64,000 bases of DNA from the NCBI GenBank assembly GCA_037447605.1, contig CM074810.1, forward strand, positions 620,001-684,000, written 5' to 3'. This document shows, in pieces, positions 54,207 to 64,000 of the stretch; positions within the stretch are counted from its first letter, which is position 1, and each line of letters starts with the position of its first letter. The position numbers and the translations under genes were made by a program. A model generated the notes under the pieces. It had not been told where the DNA came from, searched no databases, and saw only the letters and a program-made list of their open reading frames with translations. The stretch is from Zygnema circumcarinatum SAG 698-1b (lineage: Eukaryota > Plantae > Zygnematophyceae).

Positions 54207-56692
54207 ATGGCCGCGGATGCGGAGTACCGGTGCTTCGTCGGCGGGCTGTCGTGGAACACCACCGAAGAGATGCTGATGGGCGAGTTCCGGGACTTCCAAG
54301 TCACCGAGGCCAAGGTTGGTCGGCGGGCGGCAGGCAGACTAGGGCTGACGTGGCAGGCACTAAGAGCGCAGGGCGGATGTCAAGAGCCTTCGCGGATGTC
54401 TCATCGCTGAAGATGTGACGGCTTCCTTTTGTGTTTTCATGTGGGATGATAGGGAGGTTGCGGGGTTGACACTAGAGCATTTAAGGGTTTCAACTGCACG
54501 ACCTGCGCATGTATATTGATGTACCTATGTATGTACGCATGCATGTGTGGATGCATGTCTTTCGAGCACGATGTGCTTATTTAAGCATGCTGCATGTATG
54601 TATTTGTGTTTATGGCAGGCACTGGCTGTGGATGTATGGATTCATCGTTTATTTATGTACGTATGGGCCGTCTGCCTGATGGATGTATTCATCTTTGTGA
54701 GAGTTTGTATGGGTGTCGTCGGCACGCCTGCACCATACATAACGGGATCATTGTTTGCGTGTTTGCACGCATTGAGGGAGTTCATGCACTGTCTTGTTGT
54801 ACCCTGTGAGATATGATTTAGTGGGATCATTTCACTTTTCTGGATGAATATTTGGAACCAGGCTATGTTGTCTGTGCGTCTGAAACAAGAAGACGCTTTC
54901 TAGTTGGTTGTCTGATATTCTGGTTCTTCTTATTGTCTGTTTTGCTACTTGTTGCGATTGATATGTACACGGATTTCTTCGATGTCAGTATAACCTTGGT
55001 GGGTCGCTTTTCCTCTTCCGTTCTCTCTTCGCGTATTAATTCAGTCTGCTAGAGTTTCAACTGTTATTCTTTGCTTCGCGACCTTCTCAGTATTGCTTTA
55101 CATGTTTAGGGTTAAGTCAAACCTGCTTTGTGGTTGTTGAACCGATTGCTTTGCTCATCCTCAGACTGCATGGCTACTTGCTTCTCCCCGTCGCCCTTCT
55201 CCTTCTGTCCTCCCCTCCTCTTCTATTCTCTCCAACCTCCACTTTTTCTCTCACTTTGCCGTGTTTCCGTGCTTGGTTGCCTTCCTTGCTCCCTGCCCTG
55301 CTTCCGCACTGTTTGAGAACTGTCTCTTCCCTCTCGCTTGCTCGCTCGTGCTCGCTTTCTCTCTCTCTCCGCTGCTTCTTCCGTGCTTGGCTGCCTGCCC
55401 TCCCCCCTCGCTGTCCGAGAAGTGCAGAATTGGAGGGCGACTTCTCCCAGAAGGAACTCTTGTGTGGAGTGCCGCGGAATCCGCAGTGAGAGGATAGAGA
55501 ATTACAAAAAGGAACACAAAGCGCCGATGAATGATGGTCCCACTGTTCGCTACTCGTCGTCATCGTGATGGTCGCATGCGTGGGGAAAAATGAGGACAAT
55601 GCTGAGGCCTTTTTCTTGGTTCGAACGCACCTGTGACTAAGTGACGTATGCAAACAGAGTTTGGGAAGGATAAAGACGAACCCTTTTGCTTGCTCGCATT
55701 GATGCACAAATGGGGAGTGATACACCGAACCACAGCGAACCAGAATGAGACTTGTTGGAACATGGATCTGGTCCGTTGGAAAAGGTCCGAAAAGGGGTTA
55801 AGTGGGAATATGCCTGTTACAAGGGAGCATCGGAATATGGCAATGACTGCAGCCCTCGTCTCATGTTGCCTGATATCTATTTGAAAGGTAAGGCGTCGCC
55901 TCTGGAATCATGCAGGTCAAGCTCTGAAACGAGGTGTGAGGAGGCCTGCTTCCCCGAACCCGATGCTGATATTTGGGATGTAACCTGGACGTGTACTTTT
56001 GCTTCTCCCTTGTGGGAATTGCTTGCATTCAAAGCTGAACATGCCGTTGTATCTGACTCTTTGTGGGTCTTTACTTTCAGGTGATTATGGATCGGGAATC
56101 AGGCCGATCCCGTGGCTTTGGATACGTGACCTTTGCAGACAGGCGATCCATGGATGATGCCATTGATGGTATGAACGGAAAGGAAATCGATGGTCGTGTC
56201 ATCACAGTGAATGTGGCGCAGCCAAGGAGAAGCTCCGGAGGGGGTGGGGAAAGAGGAGGGGGAGGGGGAGGGAGGTATTCAGGAGGAGATCGCTATGGAA
56301 GTAGCGGGGGAGGTGGAGGAGGATACAGTGGAGGAGGGAGTGGTGGGGGCGGAAATGGGGAATGTTTCAAATGCGGACATCCGGGACATTGGGCCCGGGA
56401 TTGCCCCTCTAGTGGAGGAGGGGGAGGACCTTCTCGGAGCTATGGAGGAGAAAGGAGGGGAGGGGGAAGCTATGATGGGGGCAGCCGCCGGGGCGGCAGC
56501 AGTTATGATGGCGATCGACATGGCTCGTCGTCTGGCAAGTATGGATCATCTGATCGTTACAGTGGAGGATCGGACCGTTATGCTGGGAAGTCTGGTGGGG
56601 GCTCTCGGTATGAAAGCAGCAAGGGAGGAGAGCGGGGGGGGCCATACGAGCGGCCGGGCGGAGAGAGTCGGTCGCGCGATGATCGCTATTGA
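54207..56692 (+). CDS. RZ-1: Glycine-rich RNA-binding protein with RRM and CCHC zinc knuckle (RZ-1 type)
   Basis: Exons 54207-54314 (EYRCFVGGLSW) and 56081-56692 (DRESGRSRGFGYVTF, CFKCGHPGHWARDC, G/R/Y/D-rich tail). Confidence 0.95.
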
Positions 56693-58209
56693 GAAACAGG
56701 TTGATGGGTGTAGCTTGAATGGCAGGGTCGACCTGCAGGGTAGAGCGTGAGAGAGAGGGGGAGTGAAACAGAGTGTCATAGGAGTGTGGGGATGCATGGG
56801 GGTTTTCAGTGAGAGCATGGGAGCATGGGTGCATGACTGCATGCCAAGTGTGTTTCCGCATGTAGGTAGAGTTCTGAAAGTGACAGGAGTCATAGCTCGT
56901 GGAGAGACATTGAGCAGGGGAAGAAGCGTAGGGTGTGTGCGTGGGATTCTGTGGTTTTCTTCCTCGTTGGGGTCCAGGTGCTTTCGTCTGCATGGTAGGG
57001 ACTGCTGCTGCTGCTGTTGCTGCTGTCGACTTGGTATTGTAAATACACTTGGCAAAGGGATGAGAAACATAAAATTTGGACCCAGGCTCCCCTCATGTGA
57101 TGCTTGATAATTGGCTGTTGCTGTACGTTTTTATGCTACCGTACTTCTGCATGGAGACATTGGGCATGATGCGTGGAAACCATCGGTTAGTTGTCCGGTC
57201 ATTTTTTTTCGTGTGTCCTGACCAAATTTGCAGTCGGAGGAATTCTGTTGAATACGGAGTGCTAATCTTAGAATAAATTTCACTCCTGAAGCAATAATAT
57301 CTGGAAATCTGATATCGAAGCTTGAGTATTAGCTAAAAACAAAGACGCTCCTATAGTACAAAATGAATTCTGATGTTACTTCCGCATAAGGAAAAACCGT
57401 TTCCTGTAATTTTCCTAATAATAGTACTACCCCACCAGTACCACCCTCTGGCCTTGAACAGTCCGACCAACAGTGAACCATTATTTACTAAGGCTCATAC
57501 CTCATCTGATTCTGGACCTGCGATTGAGCCCGCGTTTGTCTATGCTCAAAAGGCGAGTTTCCACTGTCTCCCCTCTCAGCCCGGTGATTGGCTTCTGTCG
57601 AACCCCACTTCTTGAGTACGGGAAACGCCCTTTCGATTGCGGTAGTCACGCGTTTCCAACTCGAGCTGTGCAGCAAGTCTGCACAGAGCGGACCATGGGA
57701 TCGCCAACCATTGGAACAACCATTGGATAGCAATGGCTGGACGATCCAATGGTTTTGCACCATTGCAATGGTTGGCACCAATTGCCATCCAATGGTCGCA
57801 ACCGTCGGTAATGGTTGCTCGGGTTGCAAGGCAACGATCAATTTGAGCCATAAATAAGCTATTTACGATATTTACGGCAATTCCCTTATTTGAGGATGCC
57901 TTGCAATGGAGAGGAAATGAAGTTTGATTGAACTCACTTGCCTTGCAATGGTCGATGGTGGACACTGGGTGGTCCAATGGCTCGATCGTACAATTGCTCA
58001 CTGTACGGTATAGAACGGATGTACGGATATCATTCCAGCATCCTGTGCTTCTCCTTCCATTCCCCCTCGGCAGGAGGGAGAGGCGGAGAGAGCGAGAGAG
58101 AGGGGGAGAGAGAGGAAGGGGGAGAGAGGTGGAGAGAGAAAGAGAGAGAGGGAGAGAGAGGGGGGGGCGAGGGAGGCGGAGAAAGCAGAGAAGAGGAGAG
58201 GAGGCGGCC

Positions 58210-58682
58210 ATGTCTTCCGGATTCGGGCTCCATGGCGGCGTGGGGCGGTGCTACCCCGTGTGGATGGAGTTCTCGGAGTGCATGGCTCTGTGCGAGGACC
58301 CGCGGGACTGCACTCAGCGGCGGGAGGACTACTTCGAGTGCCTGCACCATCGCAAGGAGGTGCCCGCCCGCCCGCCTCCCTCCCTCCCTCCCTCCCTCGG
58401 CTCTGCGCGGCTCCTTGGATGCAGGCCTGAAGTGGAAGGGCTTGGATGCGTTTTTTCAATGGCAATGTGCATTGTTGTGACATATGGGGAGTCTGAAGAG
58501 TTGGTTGTGGCAGTCCGGTCCGGGTAGGTTTTCGAGAATGCGTTGAACATGTATTTTAGTTATCGTTAATGTTGCTTTTGTAAATGTGTTTGCAGTATAC
58601 GAGAATCAATGCTATCAACAAGGAAAGAGAGCGTCAAGCGAGGCAAAAACCCGGTGAAGAGAAACACGAAGGGCATCATTGA
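58210..58682 (+). CDS. NDUFS5: Complex I 15-kDa subunit (NDUFS5)
   Basis: Exons 58210-58359 and 58596-58682. Twin CX9C pattern [13 protein letters not shown]...[18 protein letters not shown]. Confidence 0.93.
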
Positions 58683-60823
58683 GAATGTTTAGAACTTTCC
58701 TATTTTTTCACATTTGAGATTTCTTTTCAGTTGGATTCCATCTGTACTTTCTGCACAGGGATGGATCCACAAGATGTAGTTCCTCGCCAATAGGTTTTTC
58801 AGAAAAAAACTGAATGAAGATATGCGCCAGCAGTGCCCTCCAGTATGGAAAATGTGATCCAATTCCGTTCACTATGTGAGAGGCCTTAGCTTTTAGGTGC
58901 AACAGAGAGTCAATATTGTGCAGTTTGTGTCAACCTAATGTAAGACCTTTGCTTTTTTCTGGTTCCCGCGTGCGGTAAAGCCCTACATCTGTTTCACTAC
59001 ATCTGTTTCACTGGCTCTAGAACCATTTTTTTCTTCCAATGTTGTGTTTGTCTCTATTGGTTGCGGCTTGTAGAAGTCGAGTACCCTACAAACCCTAAGA
59101 ATCCATTCGAGACAGTGAAAAGCTGCCTAGCCCTAAGAAACTTTGAAACCCTAAACGTGTACACTTTTGGATGTGTTGGTTTTTGGTGTTTTAGGGTTAC
59201 GGGAGATGGGTTCTGAATGGGAAAGTCGGCTTCCAGAGCTAGGAGAGGCTATACAGAGAGGGAGAGAGATAATTTCAACCATTTTTTCAGTGCAAATACA
59301 CCGAGAAATAGTGTTTTCTCTTCTTCATATGTAGGTGTCAAGAGTTCCAGCAGGGCGGCTTACTTTTTGTTCGTCTTTCATTTCTAGTTTCGTGCTGTGT
59401 GACTGTGTTCTTGCACTTGCTGGAACATCAATAACGGTTGCCTGATGAAATGTACTGCAGCACATCTCTCTCCTCTTCCTGTCGCTCTCCCTTTCTTTCG
59501 CCCCTCCTCTCCCCGCTCCATCTTCCTTTCTCGCTAACTACTGAGAGTTTTAAACGGAGTGGTACATGCAGTTCAATCGTGCGGAATGGCCTGAGAATTA
59601 GATACACGGGGGAGAGGAGGGAGTAGAAGTAGAAATGCAGATAAAGCAAGGCGGGAGAGGGAGATTGGCTGGGGAATGAAAGAGAGAGGGAGAGGGAGAG
59701 CGAGGAGGGGGGAGCGGGGAGAGTAAGAGTAGAGTTGAAGATAAAGAAAGGAGGGAAAGGAAGATTGACTAGAGGATGAAAGAGAGACGGAGAGAGGGTG
59801 AGGGGGGAGTGGGGATAGGGGAGGAGAGGGGGGAGGGGGAGGAGAGGGGGAATGGGAGAGAGGGGAGAGAGGAGATGGGAGGAAGGGGGGGGGGGACGGG
59901 GGAGGGGGGGACGGGCGAGGTGTGGAAAAGAGAAAGAGGGGGTAGAGGCGGAAGAAGGGGGGCGGGGTAGAGGGAGGGAGAGGGAGGCCGGAGGGGTGAG
60001 TGAGGGAGGGGGGCGGGGTAGAGGGAGGGGAGGGGGAGGGAGAGGGGGAAAGGGCGGGGAGAGAGGGAGAGTGGGAGGGGGAGTGGGAAGTGGGGGAGAG
60101 GGGGAAACGGGGGAAGTGGGAAGTGGGGAAGACTAGGAGGGGAGGGGAGCGGGGGGGGTAGCGAGAGAAGGAGGGCAGAAGGGAGGTCGAGACGGGAGGA
60201 TGAGCGGTCATTTCTCTGACCTTAATATTCAGAGTGGTTAATGGCGAAGCCATCGTCATCTTGCAATGTCAGTTTATGTCTCTACTTTTGCCACTTTTGT
60301 TTTCACTTTTTGTTTGCATTCAAGGACGGCAGTTTATCTGTTCTACATGTAACCCGCTTGTTAAGCGCTTTAACAGGACGGACAAGTTGCACATAGAATC
60401 TTATGATCGTTACGCTCGATGAGTTGTACCTGTTGAAACAGAAAATGAAAAAGAACTAAATATGGATAGATGCGCTACAGAGACTAAAAAAATGAAAATT
60501 AATACAGACGCCGTAAAAGCTGATCTGCGATGAAAATGCGTTCAGTACCATCTGTGCTCCAAATTTAGACATGTGGCGCCAAGTTTATAGAGCCTGTACC
60601 AACGGCTCATCCGTTCCATGTCCCATTCAACGGAACTCCAGCTATGCGGATTTACAGCAGACTAAACTGATGGAAAGGGCGAGCTGTGTAGCCCTTGTTC
60701 AGGAGAAAATAACAAATGTGTGTTTGGAAGGGTGCTGAACTCTATACTGCGGAGTTGATAGGCGAAGGTGTTGGGTCGATGTTGGGGCCGGGGGGGAAGA
60801 ATTAAGAGAGGCTGCTTTTGCCG

Positions 60824-63800
60824 CTAGGTCAAAAAGCCGGAGCCTTCCCAACCGAGACGCAGCATCTGGTCGACCAGCCGTACACTCAGCTGTTCACACA
60901 TAGCACAGGATTAGGCTATGGGTTGGAAAATCAAGAGGCAAGCACAAGACCAAGGCCTAGATCATCAGCATCAGGATCGAGATCAAGAGATCAAGTTCAT
61001 CTTCAAGATAAACGATAGCATGAAGGTCAATCGATTGATGACAATGTTGAAGGTGGCGATCAAGTTCAAGATTGTACCATGATCAAGATGATGGAGTCTG
61101 AAGGGTACCTGGGGATCTGTGTAGACGAGCAGTTGACCGGCCGACGTGGAACATAGAAGGGCTGTGTTGTCTTCCGTAAGTGCAAGCGCCGTCACGTCAC
61201 ACCCTCGCCCGAGGGGGTAGCGGTACGTCACCTATGAGCCTCCCCTCTCTCATCGTCAGCTTACAAAAAGAACCACAAATGGTCTAAAGCATCGCCATGG
61301 CGGCACTCCGTAACAGCTTGCAAAAGAGGGAGAGGGAGAGGGAGAGGGAGAGGGAGAGGGAGAGGGAGAGGGAGAGGGAGAGGGAGAGGGAGAGGGAGAG
61401 GGAGAGGGAGAGGGAGAGGGAGAGGGAGAGGGAGAGAGGGAGAGGGAGAGGGAGAGGGAGAGGGAGAGGGAGAGGGAGAGGGAGAGGGAGAGGGAGAGGG
61501 AGAGGGAGAGGGAGAGGGAGAGGGAGAGGGAGAGGGAGAGAGAGGGAGAGGGAGAGGGAGAGGGAGAGGGAGAGGGAGAGGGAGAAGGAGAGGGAGAGGG
61601 AGAGGGAGAGGGGAGAGGGAGAGGGAGAGGGAGAGGGAGAGGGAGAGGGAGAGGGAGAGGGAGAGGGAGAGGGAGAAGGAGAGGGAGAGGGAGAGAGAGG
61701 GAGAGGGAGAGGGAGAGGGAGAGGGAGAGGGAGAGGGAGAGGGGAGAGGGAGAGGGAGAGGGAGAGGGAGAGGGAGAGGGAGAGGGAGAGGGAGAGGGAG
61801 AGGGAGAGGGAGAGGGAGAGGGAGAGGGAGAGGGAGAGGGAGAGGGAGAGGGAGAGGGAGAGGGAGAGGGAGAGGGAGAGGGAGAGGGAGAGGGAGAGGG
61901 AGAGGGAGAGGGAGAGGGAGAGGGAGAGGGAGAGGGAGAGGGAGAGGGAGAGGGAGAGAGGGAGAGGGAGAGGGAGAGGGAGAGGGAGAGGGAGAGGGAG
62001 GGAGAGGGAGAGGGAGAGGGAGAGGGAGAGGGAGAGGGAGAGGGAGAGAGGGAGAGAGGGAGAGGGAGAGGGAGAGGGAGAGGGAGAGGGAGAGGGAGAG
62101 GGAGAGAGGGAGAGGGAGAGGGAGAGGGAGAGGGAGGAGGGAGAGGGAGAGGGAGAGGGAGAGGGAGAGGAAGGGAGAGGGAGAGGGAGGAGGGAGAGGG
62201 AGAGGGAGAGGGAGAGGGAGTGGGAGAGGGACCAAACGAAAGCCGTTATCAATTCGTTGGCCATCAATAGCTACACAGAGGAGAGAGAGAGAGGCAGACA
62301 TGCCGATTCCTCACCTTCAAAGTATATATCTCCAAAAGTGCAATGACTGGACCGGTCCGCTCTTCCTTTCCAGCCCCCCCCGGCTTGTCCTGCCAAACCC
62401 GAAAACTGAGCACGTTTCTATCTCCTGAACTCATCCCTTTCCGGGGACTCTCTCTCTCCTCTCCGTTTCGGATGATGTCGGATGAGTTCAAACGGTTATG
62501 ACTGTCGGGCTCTGCTATGCTGCTACTCCTTCGTCGAGCTTTGGGAGGTCCCGCCATGGATGTTCCCACCACCAAATGCAGCCCATTGGCAGAAACAGCC
62601 ATGGCTGCTACATGTCCATCCTCCTCTGCCACTCTCACACTGGCAACCTCCGCTCCGTTAACTGTGACTGCTCGAAGTAGGCGAGTAGAGATGTCCCACA
62701 CTACCACAATGCCTTCGGGAGAGATTGCGAGAGCATCTGCCCTACCCACATGCGGAATTCTCCGCATAACTCTCCCTCCCAGAATGGAGTGAAGAAGAAG
62801 ACCTCCTGATCTTGAAGCAGAAGCAACACAGTCAAGATCAACTGAAACTGCGACACAAGTGACCGCATCTCCATGGCCCCTTAATACCTGCAAAGGACCC
62901 TCCACCTTCTTTCCCCACCTTCTCCCTGTCTCTCCCGACTGGGCAGCTCCCCCTCCTCCTCCTCCTCCCCCTCCCACTCCCACTCCCACACCTCCTCCTC
63001 CTCCTCCTCCCGTCCCCTTCCCTCCATCAGCCATAGCCAAACTATCTCCAGTCGTACCACTCTGCCCTCCTCCACCTCCCCTCCCACCACTCGCAGAGAG
63101 AGAGCTCTCACTACCACCTCCTCCCCCTCCTGTCCCTCCCCCATATCCATGCGTTTTATGCACTCTCCATACGAGCACAGCGGAGTCGGCTCCCCCAGTG
63201 ACCAGTGTGCCCCCATCCTCCGACAGGCCAAGGCACAACACAGGCTGGCAATGTGCCCATATTGACTCCAAAACTCGTGCGGAATCAACAGCAACAACTT
63301 TAACGGAACAGTCCACGTGTCCCCCAGTGAATAAAAACCTTCCATCCAATGAAATACTGCAGATTTCAGCCACTTTTTTCACATTCCTTGCAGGTAAACT
63401 CACAACCTTTGGATACACATTGGGTTCTTCTACAACTCCGCCTACTCCTGAACCGGGAATTGCTCCTCCTTTGAAAATTCGGAGCAGGGCATTCGTTCCC
63501 ACACTTGCAATGGGCTTTCCGGGTTGAAAAAGAAAGGGCCAACCTCTGCCATCCGGAGTGTTTGGCTGCCACTTATGTGTTGCCACGTGGCAAGTCGGCA
63601 CGTTCAGATCAACGGTCACGATCACTTCCTTGGTGGCTAAAATTTTGGCTGCTGGAACATTCAGTCGGTCTCCATGTGGAAGGTTGTACTTCACCATTTG
63701 TGCTGGATAACGGAAAACTGTTTGCAAATGGAGGGCTTCTTCGAGAGCTACTCTCCGAACGTGGGGAGTGGTCAATAGCTGACTCGGAGTTTGACCAAAA

Positions 63801-64000
63801 TAAGCAATTTGATCTTGTGTTGCTTTTCGCATAGTTGGGTTTGTGATGGTATCGATATCGACTGCCCCTTCATATGTTAAGTAAAAGAACAGATTTTGAG
63901 CATTTACAGCCTCTCTCCCTCTCTGCTTGTATCCGAAGATGAGATCGATCCAATGGTGGAGATTCAAGCTCACATACTCACTCTCAAGTGCTGCTCTTTG
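60824..64000 (-). CDS. BEACH-domain/WD40 protein, BChC type (3' part; runs off the window)
   Basis: Exons 64000-62315, 61231-61109 and 60889-60824. Motifs [33 protein letters not shown] and WD40 repeats, ending [16 protein letters not shown]. Confidence 0.93.
61327..62225. repeat. (GGGAGA)n hexamer array, ~0.9 kb, in a BEACH gene intron
   Basis: Continuous GGGAGA units with few interruptions. Confidence 0.95.

Noticed and set aside
61261-62346. Three ~330-350-aa low-complexity ORFs
   Set aside because: Translations of the intronic (GGGAGA)n array.
62859-63834. Plus-strand ORFs of 109-222 aa opposite the BEACH exon (similar shadows occur over other genes)
   Set aside because: Antisense shadows of GC-rich coding exons.

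Overview
Gene-dense eukaryotic nuclear DNA. The intron-containing genes resemble land-plant families, so the source is probably a streptophyte alga or an early-diverging plant (inference). I reconstructed 14 protein-coding loci by hand from the ORF track and splice signals: GRXS16 (GIY-YIG plus CGFS glutaredoxin), an F-box/Sel1 protein, a catalytically dead-looking PPA6-type pyrophosphatase fused to a ~630-aa disordered tail, prefoldin 4, a RINGv membrane E3 ligase, glycerol kinase, NECAP, a PDIL5-2-like PDI, a 16-exon At4g16180-like membrane protein, an mTERF with a broken partial copy, an RZ-1 glycine-rich RNA-binding protein, NDUFS5 and the 3' end of a BEACH/WD40 gene. Non-coding DNA is dominated by GA/CT tracts, including a 2.5-kb (GA)n. 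It also holds interstitial telomere-like arrays of several motif types, two small TIR elements with target-site duplications (TA and 9 bp), and a ~115-bp-arm foldback. The most unusual items are the pseudo-pyrophosphatase fusion, a Leu-Gly-rich membrane ORF built on TTAGGG-like repeats and in frame with the mTERF remnant, and an ERSE/UPRE-like element in a short bidirectional promoter. A 1.32-kb duplication flanking an N-gap is probably an assembly artefact. Homology calls are from recalled family motifs; no database search was run.
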